Positions 1 through 12,408 of a DNA stretch of 64,000 bases are shown here, piece after piece. Made by a program: the position numbers and the translations under genes. The notes beneath the pieces were generated by a model that did no database searches, was not told the DNA's origin, and worked only from the letters and a program-made list of their open reading frames with translations. This stretch comes from Spizellomyces punctatus DAOM BR117 (Eukaryota), in the NCBI GenBank assembly GCA_000182565.2, contig KQ257451.1; one strand, given 5' to 3'. The number at the start of each line of letters is the position of its first letter. Positions within the stretch are counted from its first letter, which is position 1.

Positions 1-611
1 GACATTGCTGGATAATCTGTGCTGGAAAACGAAGGAAAAAATGGAAGCGACAAGTAGAACAAAAGCAGTGCCAGGACTATTTATATGGCAAGAAATCTGA
101 CGTGATAAGAAATGACGCGACGTTATAAAAAGTGTGTGTAGTGTGTGTGGGGGACCTCCAACAAAAGTCAGCGTAGAAACACATCCAGCTTGGAACACTT
201 GGAAGTGGGCAGCATATAAAAGTCTTTTAGAGCGCCCCACTTTGTCGTAAATCTATAGCGGATATCCAAACGATTGAACAATCGCCCGTGCTTGGACATT
301 GGACAATGGACATCTCAAGCAGTCGTCGTATGTTTGAATGGCGACATGCACCAGTCTCAACAATACAAAGATAAATTTACTCCAAAGTACCATCGTCCGT
401 AATGGAATGGGAACCGTTGCAGTAATTGTGCCTTCTACATTGCTGTGTTGTGAAAGCGGAAAGGTTTTAGATGTTTTATGGCTGCAACTCTATACGTGCA
501 TTGCCAACACTGAAAAAAGTACATAACAGTCTAAAACTTCGAAACCAGGAACGCTTCCAGTCTTTGATCAAATCAAATTTCCAAAAAAAAAGCCAAAAAC
601 AAACACAACAT

Positions 612-1455
612 CTACCCAGTCCCTAACCGTCGTCCAGTCCCCCACCTATGCCGCATGTTCTCGGTAACCGATGGCTGAACGCCCGGGCGCCGTTGCGGTG
701 GTATAGCCACATACCCTTCCGCCCTTCTCCCCTCCCCCTCCCCAACATACTCATCCAAAACCCTCGGAGCAACCAACACCCTCCTCCCACCCCGCTCAGG
801 CACAACTTTTTCCAAATACCAGTACACCCATCCAACAGCGATACCCAACAATTTTGGTATAGGAAAAACATTTCCTTGTAAGACGTCCATGGCAACAAGG
901 ACATATGGAAGATACATGGCCTGGAATTGGATACCAAAGAGAAACGAAACGGGTCGGGAACCGTTGGCGGTTGACCAGACGTAAATGAGCGCTAGTAAAA
1001 GCGGGTCGACAAGTGAGTACAATTCCAAAAAGTACGCAGCAATCTGTTGAAGAAAAACAGATTAGATCGTGGCCAAAACCAAACATTAAACGGAAAAAAG
1101 AAAAACATACGTTGATCACCACAGCAGAAAACCCTAAAAACACTAGAAAATCCGCACGTCGCCCACCAAAGAAGCCCCGTTCAAGATCCGCACTATTCTG
1201 ACCCAAAAAATACAAGTGCATCAAAAACGAGAACCCGAGGGGCATCCAAAAGAAGGGGGTGAGTGTACGCCATAGTTCGAAAGCGAGGATTTTAGATGGG
1301 ATGAAGAGGAGGCGGGTTGGATGCACCAGACCGAACGCTGGTAAGAGGGATGTGAGGAGGGTTGCTGTTGTGAGGAAGCGGGTTATGGGTGGGATGGAGG
1401 TGTAGTAGGCTTGGAGGTCGGATAGGAGATTGGGTGTTGGGGTTTGAGGGGGCAT
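612..1455 (-). CDS. Derlin (Der1-like ERAD rhomboid pseudoprotease), 2 exons
   Basis: IPPITRFL..., ELWRTLTPFF, DLERGFFGGRRADF, YVWS, FQAMYLPYVL, LLGIAVG, C-terminal HRWGTGRRLG (SHP-box-like). Intron 1044-1110 (GTATGT...CTAAT...CAG) joins the two ORFs. Confidence 0.93.
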
Positions 1456-1790
1456 ATTCAAGTTGAATGAATGCAAAAAAGATTGAAAATGCAAAAGCGA
1501 TGTCAAGGAATGAAAGTGTCCCAAAGCGCAAGTCCTCTGGGTGAAGGTGACGTGACGCGAGTTGATTGGTCGGCCGCCGAGGAAGCACCTCCCTCCTGCT
1601 GTCGTTGCTGCGCTTCAGGCAATCCATGCGTTAGAGCGAGAAACGCAGGAGCTCGTTGGTGTTTGGTAGGTGCATTGGGGTTGGACAGGTGGGGTGTCCC
1701 GCTAACAAAAGAATGATATATTGTTGACATAAACACTGTTCAGTTTATTATTACAGGAATAACTACTCGTCCGATACTGATTATCCTGAT

Positions 1791-2354
1791 TCAAGCCACA
1801 TGAGCTTCCCAATATAACACTTGGTTTATGTACCATTCGAGAACTCCGCTAAAGAACTGTCGCATCGGCAACTCCACATCAAAGTTCCTCTCATCTGAGC
1901 CTCTTGGATAATTCCAAAATCGGAACCGCCACCCGCCGGCGTCCTCCCACCCAATACCAATTTGACCATGAGAAATGGCATTTCGCAACATAGCACTGAA
2001 ACTGTTAAGTTGGGGGTCCCACATGTGCACGGTGCCCTCGTACTGGTCGCTGAAACTAATATCAAAACCAGCTTCGATTGGAAGGAGGTCGTTATCAAAT
2101 CGTGCTGAAAGGATCGGCCAGCGTTGCGCAACCGGGATGCCGTTTGTTCGGAGAAAGTTGTTGTAACGCTCGTAGGGATAGACGAACAATGCGTAAAGGT
2201 ACGGTGCAATTCGAGCATTGAAATCGCGGGCATCCTCGTTATCCATTGTCATTTCTTGTGTGGCCTCGTACAGCGGTTGCATTTCTTCGTGCAGGGTACG
2301 GTGGGGAAGGAACCAGGAAGCTAACTCCTCGGTAGAGGGCTCTGGGGCCGTCAT
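1791..2354 (-). CDS. Intronless 187 aa protein of unknown function
   Basis: Clean ATG-TGA ORF with globular-like, aromatic-rich composition; no family recognised. Confidence 0.6.
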   Translation of the reverse strand: MTAPEPSTEELASWFLPHRTLHEEMQPLYEATQEMTMDNEDARDFNARIAPYLYALFVYPYERYNNFLRTNGIPVAQRWPILSARFDNDLLPIEAGFDISFSDQYEGTVHMWDPQLNSFSAMLRNAISHGQIGIGWEDAGGWRFRFWNYPRGSDERNFDVELPMRQFFSGVLEWYINQVLYWEAHVA

Positions 2355-3088
2355 TGGAAAGAGCGATACGGTGAAGTGGGGGGAATGTGGGCTTATTTAT
2401 GCTTGATATGTGAACTACATTTTGTGTTTTGAATGAAAGCCCTTCACCCTTTCGTTATCCCTTTTACATCCTGCATATCGGAAGCGAAAATTGTGTAAAA
2501 TGTGCTGAGGCCATCGCGTGCAGCTCCTTTCGCCCTCGCTTGGTCAGCACGCTTTATTTCGTTGGGCGCGGCTCAGAGGTCGGAATTTCGTTGGAGAGGC
2601 GTTTTGGATTTGGATTTAGAGGGTGGATCGAATTAAGTACAATGTGGCTTAGGAGGTTCGAACCAGAATTGTCGCTCATTTTCACCTACCCGGCGCCGAA
2701 GTCCATATCTTTCAAGACGTTTCTTCCCTCATCTTCATCTTCATCCAAGCGGACGTTTGTATAAAAGGTAGAGCACAAGAGCACTTGCTGTTTTGCAAAG
2801 GACGCCATGGATGACAAAATGGGATACCGAATAAAAAGGATGAAGAAGCAATTATTTTTCAATTGTTCCTACTGAGGCGTCAGCATTGCTTGTAGGGGGG
2901 CAATAACTTTATGGAAACAGTGTGCTGATGATTCTTTGTGCGTTTATAGGGACGATACGGTATTAAAGAGTGCAAGAATGTCCAAGAGATGAGATGGTTG
3001 CGATAGATCATTATCATATAAACGAAAAAAGAATGCTCTATTTCAAATAAATACTATATACATGAAGAATGCCCCAATATACTTAAAG

Positions 3089-4891
3089 CTACTTTTTCTT
3101 CGCCAATGCCCGTTTCCGCTTTTTCACCTCCTTGCCAAATTCATCAGCACCTCCTCGGGTCCTCTCAATCTTGGCAACATCCGAAATCATTTCCCCAGCA
3201 TTATTGAATTTGCGTTTTCGGCCGTGACGGTCGGTTCCGAATTCGGCGGCACGGCGGTTCTGTTTCTGGAGGACGCCCTTACCGTATCGGATTTCGTCTT
3301 CATCTTGAACGGCCCGCTGGAGGCTAGAGAGGTCGCGGAAATCTTCTTCCAGAGCCTAATAAAAAAAATGTTGAGCGATCGATCAAATGATCAAGATATA
3401 CAAAACGAATATACCTGGAATTCATCCTGGAATCTCATCAATGCCCCCTTTTTCCTTAGATTCGCAGCCAAACGCTTATCTTCACGCGTCATATTCAACC
3501 GTATAAAATTCTCTTCTTCAAATCGCTCCCGTTCCGCCCATTTCTCGTCCTGTTTGCTCGCGCCTACTTCGTGAGCCCCGTAACCTGTTCCTTCTGCCGT
3601 CATTTCTTCGGGTCGGTCGTCGTACTGGGAGCGGAGATCCCGGAGGAGTCGCGAGCGTGAGGCTTTTTCTTTGGCGGCTTGGGTTAGGCGGCCTGTCTTG
3701 GTGCGGCCACCTTGTTCATCATAATGCATGGGTGCCAGCTTTGGAGGTCTGTAGACACCACCAGCTTCATCTTGTCCATCTGTTGTGTCATTGTTGGTTG
3801 CAGAGGATACCATCGCAGCAGGGTTGGGTTTGAATGCAAGGGGGTCTTGTAGGGCGGAGACTGGTCCTGTCACGTCTTGTTGATCTTCATGCATGGTAGC
3901 AGCCTTGACGAGCTTATCGATTTGGTATTTGAGTTTCTGTTCAAGGGGTTTAATTTTCTCGAGCACGATGCGGAGTTCCACGAGATTGGATATCGCCTCA
4001 TGGTTTTGTGGAGAGTGGCCGTGGAGTTTGAGGAGAAGGTAAAAAGCGAGGTTGGTGAGATAGCTGAGTATACTGTGGACTTTGACTTCGAGGAGACTGA
4101 CGCCGTTGGATGTGCGTATGGATCCGTTTTGCACACTGAGACAAAGTTAATACCTACACACCATATGAACCTTGAAATGTACTTACCCGTCAATCGTCAC
4201 CGCCAGCCTCGCACGCAGTTCAACAACCTTTGCCTTGAAATCACTCAAAAGTGTGACAAACTCTCCAACATCCTTCTTGACTCGTTCCTCAACGTCCGGC
4301 GTGGCATGTATCGAAACTCCTACGTATCCAAGCATAAGTAAACAGATATATAACCATGACGATATAGACTGTATGAACCGGTCATGTCAGATACACTCAA
4401 AGATGTCGAGTGCACCGGACCGCTATGATTCAATTTATATTCCACGTTTAACCATTTCGCACTCGAATGACGCATGTCATACATGCTCGAGGCAAAAAAC
4501 TTTGGCGGCCTCTTGCTTCGGCGACCTCTATGTAGGAGATCCGAGGGAAAGAGGACCCGCAACCGTGGGTCTTCTTTTTTCACGCTGTTTGCGACGCCGA
4601 TAACTCACCTTGCTCTTGGTCTGACCCGCCGCTCAAGTCTTGATCGTTACTGGCATCTTGATCCATCCCGCCTTGGGATCCATCACTGCTGCCTTCCACG
4701 TCATTGTCACTAACCGACGAGTCTTGTCCATCGTCACTGTCCGTTCCAGCACCATTCTCTTCAAGGAGGGCATGGTCATTAGCTAGCTCATCCTCAACCC
4801 CCACATCACTATATCCATCAGAATCTGATTGAACCGGTGCGTTTTGAGTGGCTGTGGGCTTGCCGTTGGGTTTGGACGTCTTGGTCTGCAT
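3089..4891 (-). CDS. LCP5: Neuroguidin/Lcp5 (Sas10/Utp3/C1D family SSU processome factor)
   Basis: GVSLLEVKVHSILSYLTNL, LVELRIVLEKIKPLEQKLKYQIDKLV, LAFKPNP, GVYRPPKLAP, EEENFIRL. Acidic exon 1 joins in phase across a 289 nt intron (4320-4608). Confidence 0.9.
4367..4575 (-). ncRNA. Candidate intronic box H/ACA-like RNA
   Basis: Several hairpins, an ANANNA box (ATATAA, 4435-4440), a 3' hairpin with an internal pocket, and ACA at 4370-4372, inside the LCP5 intron in sense orientation. Confidence 0.55.
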
Positions 4892-5131
4892 CACACAGGC
4901 AACCCTCAAGTGACAAAACAGAAAGTCCACTTCCAACGAGACGATCGTTAAAACAAAATAACCACGTGACGTAAATTATAACCATAAACCGCACTACAAG
5001 CATTTGAATGTATATTCATGGCAACCCCCAGTCGATGAGTCATCACCTGTTTTTCGGATCCGACTTTTTGACTTTTGAGCTGCTCACCCTCAACGGAATT
5101 TAGTTTGTTTGATCCATTTTGTTTTGGAGGC

Positions 5132-6952
5132 ATGTTTTCAGTAGCTGTACGGGGACTTGTCGGTCGTTCTTGTCGTGCTTCTTTGGTGGGCAGTACACTT
5201 ACGAGTAGATCGTTTGCGGGTAGATGCCACCTTCCAAATGTACGTCCATGTGCAATTGTTTTCTTTGGCGGCAAACATTAACTAAAATATCTTTACAGCG
5301 ACCCCTTTCCTCAAGTGCCCCCCGTCTCCTACCACGCCACATTTCTTCCGCGTCAACTGCCTTACCCATTGAGTCCCCCTCGACGACATTCTCCATGCAA
5401 GAGCCCTCACCAACACGTATCACAACCCTTCCGAATGGACTGAGGATCGCTTCACAGGAGGCACCAGGACATTTTGTTGCTGTGGGTGTTTATGTGGATG
5501 CAGGGACGCGGTATGAGACCGATCGAACGAGTGGGTGTAGTCATGTATTGGATCGGTCATCATTCAAGGTGGGTTATCGAGTTTTGTTATTGCGCGGTCA
5601 GGATGAGTGCTGACGAGTAAAGATAGAGTACAAAAGATTTCACGACAGAGCAGCTGGTGCAGCAACTCGAGTCTTTGGGCGGGAACGTTGTAGCACACAG
5701 CTCACGAGAAGCCATCATGTACCAAGCAGCCGTCTTCAGACATGATTTGGAAAAGATGATGCAGATTTACGGTCAAGTGGTCCGACATCCTCTTCTCCTC
5801 CCACAGGAAATGGACGATACACGCAGCACAACGCTCTACGAAATCCAAGATCTGTCCATGCGTCCCGACATGACACTCCCCGAAATCCTACACGCGGTTG
5901 CTTTTCGAAATGCAGATGGGACGCCATCGACACTCGGAAGACCTTTATTGTGTCCTATCGAGAATCTGGAAGCCATGACGCCCGAGCTGTTGCGTGAGTA
6001 CCGATCTACATGGTACACACCGGATCGGATGGTTGTGGCAGGTATTGGAATGGACCACCAAATGCTGGTAGATCTCGCCACACGCGAATTTGGGGATATG
6101 GCACCCGCAACCCCCGCCATTACCGCTTTGCAACAACAACAAACCAAACCTGCACATTACTCTGGTGGTATTGAACTTATTGACGCAAAGGACCTCCCAC
6201 CGTCACCCAACCCCGACGACCGACCTCTCACCCACGTTTATATTGCTTTTGAAGCTCTCTCCATGTCTGATCCTGATATTTACGCTCTAGCAACCCTTAC
6301 GAGTCTCATGGGCGGGGGTGGATCCTTTTCCGCGGGTGGACCCGGAAAAGGCATGTACACCCGCCTATATACTCAAGTCCTGAACCGGTACCATTGGGTC
6401 GAAAGTTGCAACATGATCAATTTCTCGTACCTTGATACAGGGTTATTTGGAATCCAAGCGGCTGTCCCTCCATCGCCTGAAGCGCATGAGCATATTATTC
6501 CGATTTTATGTGATCAGTTGTTGAGGATGACGACCGAGATTGGTGCGGAAGAATTATCGCGTGCGAAAAATCAGCTCAAGAGTAGTTTACTCATGAGTTT
6601 GGAGAGCAAGATTGTTGAATTGGAGGACGTGGGGAGGCAGGTTATGGTCCACGGAAAACGATTAAGTGTATCAGAAATGTGTAAGCGGATCGAAATGCTC
6701 ACTGCAGAGGATTTGAAACGGGTTGCAAGACGAGTAGTATTAGGGGATGATACACCCAGTCCACTTGATTTTGGAGATGCGGCTCAAAAACCTTGGAAGC
6801 GTACTGGAGATGGGAATGCGACAGTATTGGTTCAAGGACCTATTTTTGAAAAGGATGCGTTTTTGGATATGGAGCAGCATTTGGCGGCTTGGAGGATTGG
6901 AAAGAAGAATCAGGGGGGGCGTAAGTGGGGGTTGGGTAGATTCAAGTTGTAA
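5132..6952 (+). CDS. MAS2: Mitochondrial processing peptidase alpha subunit
   Basis: Arg/Ser-rich presequence MFSVAVRGLVGRSCRAS; ITTLPNGLRIAS; GVYVDAGTRYE; glycine loop LMGGGGSFSAGGPGKGMYTRLY; RAKNQLKSSLLMSLES. Introns near 5220-5298 and 5569-5626. Confidence 0.97.
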
Positions 6953-7049
6953 TTTTTTCTTTTCTTTTGTTGTTTTTAGCTTGAGCATTATAAATAGAGT
7001 TTCATGCATGATCATCTATCATTTCTATCCAGTTTCACGTCGCCGCAGA

Positions 7050-7841
7050 TTAAAACGCCATGAATGCCGGACGATCCTCCAACTCCTCCTCAGTCATATC
7101 CCACGGCACCGTAACACTCACACTCGCCTCAACAGTCGTTACTTCATGCAAAAACCCTGGAGGCGTATACACCACATCCCCCGGCCCCAACTCTACCCAA
7201 TAGGGTTCCGTATCCCTCAATTTCGGAAACCTCTTGACCAACTCCTCACATTCCTCCCCACTCAACTTGTTTTCAAACAATTTCGTAACGTGTCGTATAC
7301 GGGAAACATGCGCCGGCCCAGCAATCCCATCAAAAAGGTACAACCTATGTGCATCCTCTTTTGGAAACGCCACAAATTTCTTTGTACCTACGAGTTGGAT
7401 GAGGAGGCCATGGCATTTATCGTAGTGGAGGGGTGTGATGCATCCTGGTGTACTGACCCAGAGTCGTGTGAGGGTCGGGTTGTGTGGTGGGAGAGGGGGG
7501 AGGTGCGTGTGGAGATGGGGTGGTACCGGGCCGCGATAGTACACTGGGTTGGGTAATGTTGGACATTTGAATTGGGTTAGGAGGATTGAGAGGGGGATGT
7601 GGGTTGTTTGGGTGTACCGGGTGTCGTCTAGAAAATGTTGGTTATCATGGGAAGTCATGACTGTTACGACTCCGTTTTCGTTGTCTATAAGAGACGAGAT
7701 GTACATTGGATCCTGGCATTTTTGGAGGAGAGGAAAGGATGAGGGTCCAAGATGAATATGCAGCGGACGACGGTTTTGGTACGGTGTGAAATCGGGGGGT
7801 AGGCTTGTTGTTGTTGGGGGATTTGTGGGCGTTGGGAGCAT
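7050..7841 (-). CDS. JmjC-domain (cupin) 2OG/Fe(II) oxygenase
   Basis: LWVSTPGCITPLHYDKCHGLLIQLVGTKKF and LGPGDVVYTPPGFLHEVT give the HxD...H triad. Apparently intronless. Confidence 0.9.
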   Translation of the reverse strand: MLPTPTNPPTTTSLPPDFTPYQNRRPLHIHLGPSSFPLLQKCQDPMYISSLIDNENGVVTVMTSHDNQHFLDDTRYTQTTHIPLSILLTQFKCPTLPNPVYYRGPVPPHLHTHLPPLPPHNPTLTRLWVSTPGCITPLHYDKCHGLLIQLVGTKKFVAFPKEDAHRLYLFDGIAGPAHVSRIRHVTKLFENKLSGEECEELVKRFPKLRDTEPYWVELGPGDVVYTPPGFLHEVTTVEASVSVTVPWDMTEEELEDRPAFMAF

Positions 7842-8023
7842 TGCGGATGAGGGATTCTTGAACACTTGTTGGGCAGTAGTTTAGATTCCTTGTTGGAGAG
7901 CCAAGCCACGGAAGCCACAGTTGGGTAATGTTGTTGATCGCGTTCGTTGTCGTTGTTTGGTTTTTATCTTGCTTTGCTGGTTTTTGGGATTTGAGGTTTG
8001 TCCAAAACACAAAAGCATTCGAA

Positions 8024-9339
8024 ATGACCACGACGACGATGACGACGAGGACACTCCACGTTGCGCTCCTCATTTGCGACATTCCTTTACCAAGTACGCC
8101 TTTTTCCTAACATGACCTACATTCCGCTCCCGTGTACTCAGACCCTTTTTAGCCATCGTATCCCAATACGGAGACTACAGTACGTCCCCCTTCTCCTAAA
8201 AACACCTGCTCACACCAAATACACACCAAATACAAGGAAAAAAACTGACCAAGAAACGTTTTCTAGCCAAACTATTTACAAACCTCCTGACCAAAGCCGC
8301 TAAAACCCACTCACCACCCATTGACCTCCACATTGAATCCTTTAATGTACTTGAAGGAGTGTACCCAAACGACCCGAGTGTGTTTAACGGGTATATTTTG
8401 ACAGGATCCAGTATGTTTTGGTTTTTTCAATGGAGTTTTGGTGCGTGTTCCAAATGACATTTTGTTACTTAGAGTTTTCGGCGTACGATACACTTCCCTG
8501 GATATCCCATCTAAAAGACTTTATAAAAACACTGGATGCGCAAACGAATGCCAAAATTATTGGAGTTTGTTTTGGACATCAAGTTATTGTTGAGGCTTTA
8601 GGGGGTCGAGGTAAACAACCCAAAAATTGGACATGATTTATCAACAAAACTATAATGTTGTATAAAGTGATCAAGAATCCAGCGGGATGGGAAATCGGAT
8701 GGACGAATGTAAATGTGAATGATTGTGGTGCGGCGTGTTTGAATACGACCAAACAGTCCATGGTATGTATCGTACTTCTCTTACAAGAAATACAGGAACT
8801 GATTTATTAACAACATATTGTACACTTAGAGAATACAGCAAATGCACCAGGTATGTTTCCCCCATACGGCAACAGCATATCCCAATAGTATATGTTTGAA
8901 GTCAACACACACGCAAAAACAATAGGACCATGTAACGGTTTTACCATCCCACTTTGAAACCATCATGTCGACACCCAAATGTCCCATCCAAGCAACTATA
9001 AGCGGGAATCGGTATCTAACCATTCAGGGACATCCAGAGGTAATAGAAGTTTGAACTGTTAGATTTAAAAACCCTATACGTATATTCATTTCTTTAAATA
9101 GTTTACGCCAGGTGTCGTAAAAGAGATTGTAAAGTAAGTATATATGTACTATATCTAGGGTGTGATTTCGTTTTCCTCATGTCTTTGTTCCTTTTTTTCG
9201 TAGGGCACGCAAAGCTTCTGGAGTGTTTAGTGAAGAAGTTGCGAATGCAGTACTGGAAAAAGTCGATAATCCTGTGGATGATGATTGGTTTGCAGGCAAG
9301 ATGATTGGGTTTTTGTGTGGGACGGTCGGGAAGGAGTAG
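8024..9339 (+). CDS. Stand-alone class I glutamine amidotransferase-like protein, about 8 exons
   Basis: Spliced LHVALLICDIP...YGDY...YILTGS...IIGVCFGHQ...GWEIGW...QMHQDHV...TIQGHPEF carries the Cys-His-Glu triad. Confidence 0.9.
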
Positions 9340-9560
9340 GTGGTTTCTTTTACATCGTATCGTGTGCACTGTATTTTCTTTTTATTTTGTTTTTAGAGGT
9401 GAGTGAGGTGATGGATAGTGAGTTTACTTTTGGGGATGCCAAGTCGTCGGTGGACATTGCAGTACATAATAGCCATAATATTCTATACAGTGATATTCTC
9501 CCAGAGCAAAGAGTAACTCCTTTACATACAAAAATATATTGGGGAGGATCTCAGAAAACC

Positions 9561-11307
9561 CTACACATCCTCCTCGGACTCTGACTCTGAGACGTGCACT
9601 TCCGACAACTCGGACGTGGGCGATGACGGCTCCAACCCTCCCCTCTGAGTCAACGCATCCACATCCACATCAGAATCACTCGACGAGTACTCTACACGTT
9701 GCTTTTTAACAGGTAGATCAGGAGGTTTGGACTGACGGTTGGATTCAGTATGCAAGAGGCGGCGTTTGGTGAATTCGCTTGCTAGAAAGACGTGGGCGGG
9801 TTGGATGATGGCTGTGTCGCCGTCTTCGTATTGGACACGCAATTGTCGGCCATCCTAATAAGCACGTGGAAAAATAAATTCTTTTATGCATAAAAGAATG
9901 AATAGAAAGATGCAACATGCCTTGTACAGTTTGGACACGATGGCCTTGTAGAATTCGGTAGAGAGTTGGCCTTGGTCGCGGTAGAGAGCGTATACGGCGT
10001 CCCCTGAATGAAAGGTTTTGGTGCAAGATGTATAGTCGAGGATTTTTGATGGGGGTACGGTCCATGTTGTGATGGCTGACTTGTCAGTGGGGTCGGGGTC
10101 GGGGTCGATGCAGGTGTAGAGCTAAAATGTGCGAAAACGTGAGGACGAAGAGTGCAATGTAGGAAGGGATGAGAGAGAACGTACATTGGTTTTTGGGTCG
10201 TAATGGGAGATTTGGACCGTGTATACGACCTCATGGTTGTCATTGCCATTGTTCTCGTCGTCGTCGTCGTCACGAGAAACGGTTACAATCGCTGCAACCA
10301 TTTGACCCTTACGAAACTCGGCAGCCTTGTTGGGCGCCTTGTTGGGTACCTTGCCCGTATTGGAAGCACTCGTGCGCTCTGCTTTTGCCACCCCTTGTTT
10401 CTCTCCCTTGTCGGATTTGCTGGCGGCTCGCTTCTGAGGAAGCACCTGACTAGGTTTTGTTGCTTGGGTAACGAGTGAGCGGCGGCGCTCTCCAGGGGAT
10501 GTACCTTGTGCGTCTTTCTTTACACCCTTTTTGATCCTGGCCTTGCCACTCTTGGCCAGTATCTCGTCATCCATCCTAGTCTTTGCATCTTTTATGACCG
10601 CGTCCACCCTCTCCTTGCCTTCAACTCGCTTCGCGCTACCGCCCTTCTCAGCGCTCTGTTCAACTTTATCAACGTCATGATCATCCTCGACTGATTTATC
10701 CTTGCTCTTTGCTCCATTCACACTGGCTCCCGCCTCAATCACAGACTCGGCTGTCTTGTTATCATCGTCTGTCCTCGGAAGCTGTTCATTGAGGGCGACA
10801 CTTTGTTGTATTGGGCTTTCTACCACTGGTTCCGTTACTGTGTCCTTATTTTGATCGCCATGCATGTAGGCCAGGACCTTGTCATGCAACAAAGCCTCCA
10901 TATCCTTGTCCTGCCACAGTTGGCGAGTCTCTTGAACAAAATCGACATTGTCCAATATAGTCCTGCAAAAGTGTGTGTAATGATGAGCGAATTGTTGACA
11001 CGAAGCCGCGACCCAAACGAGAAAATGTGCGGGCACGGGTGTGTTTCCGGAAATACTTTGCAGAAAGAACATACTTTAACTCTGAACCAATCCATGCGTC
11101 GAGGAGAGCTTTCTGGCGGTCCTCATTGTGCCCTTGGAGCAAGAGGAGACGGTCCTTTGGGAGCGGAAGGAGATGAGCGATGAGCGAGTGGATGCGGGCG
11201 TCCAAGTCCTTGTTTGTGGGAGTGAGGAGGAAGCAGTCCAGTTGCTGTTTGGCAAGGTCTGGATCTACGTCGAGTCCGCTCGTAGCCTCCTTGATGCCGG
11301 CCTGCAT
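9561..11307 (-). CDS. Chromatin protein with C-terminal Sgf29-like tandem Tudor and helical (Shg1/BOD1-like?) N-terminus
   Basis: Spliced C-terminus FRKGQMVAA...YTCIDPDP...FHSGDAVYALY...TEFYKAIV...RVQYED. Introns about 10963-11074, 10122-10184 and GC-AG 9855-9920. Confidence 0.75.
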
Positions 11308-11699
11308 GTCAAGTGAGCCAAATGCGATATTGTTAAAATAATCTAGAGACAAGGCGATGATGTGTCATTGTCTCACGTGAATCTTACTCGTATGTAAGTA
11401 TTGGACAAGTTGGTTTCGGGGACAATTGGTGTGAATGTGTATTGAATAGGTGGCATATAAAGTAATAGAGTGATATGTATCATTCGAATAAGAATCGCTT
11501 GTCTGGTGGAATATAGTGATACGAGTTTGTATTGCAAATCGTTTGCGATTAGGGCGATATCTTCAATATTACTCTTCCAATTTCAATAGTTGGAATCTAG
11601 ACATGGCTAGCGCCGCAGACGAATCTGCATCGAGTAGGTTTGCCATACAGATTTCATACCCGAAGTGATTTTGTCAATCAATAGAAACTGGTCGTAGGT

Positions 11700-12284
11700 G
11701 GGAGTGAGAGTGGAGCCGAGGGTATTGGAACTTTGCCGAACAAACCCAACATTGCAATTGAAGCCTCGGCAGAAGCTAGTCAAGTCACAAACGATGAATC
11801 CGAAAGCATCAAACCTATCGACGTTGCGGAAACTACTGTTGTTGAAACCCCGCCCTTGCTACTGGCTATGTTGAAGCTACCCAAGTTACCCAAGTGGTTC
11901 ATGGAACGAATATCCCAGCTGAGGAATATGAACAGAGAATAAGGGAACTGGAAGCCGAATTGGCACATATCAAACAGGAAAGCCAAAAATTGCGACGGTT
12001 CACCAAACGTCCAATTCTTTTGTTTGGACAGAACGCTGCAAGTTCATACTGCTGAATTCACTGCACCTGATGACACAGTGCGACTCTACATTTTCAACAC
12101 CTGGCATCACGACGACCGCCAATACATTGCTGGTATCCTTAACAAGGACCGCTCAGTACAGTACGGCGGTTCGTTGAGCATCTGGAACTATTCGCACCAC
12201 ACCACACAGATATTATTCACACTTCCCATGCACACAAAAGATCGCCTCCCCATATCACATGACAGCATGCGCCTCATTGGATGA
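11700..12284 (+). pseudogene. Possible frameshifted gene remnant with a coiled-coil segment
   Basis: EASAEASQVT...VVETP continues in another frame as GYVEATQVTQ...EEYEQRIRELEAELAHIKQESQKLRR, with no obvious intron between them. Confidence 0.3.
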
Positions 12285-12408
12285 CTCATTTCGGTTTCAC
12301 ATTTAACATTTATTCCCACGCCCTAGGGTTCCCACACACACACAACGCCACGGACTTTTTGCATTTTTATATTCCCACGCACGGACTCGTACTTTCTCTT
12401 ACGCAAAA

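Noticed and set aside
4948-5274. Antisense ORF sharing CATG with the MAS2 start
   Set aside because: It overlaps MAS2 exon 1 and the promoter and has no recognisable protein features.
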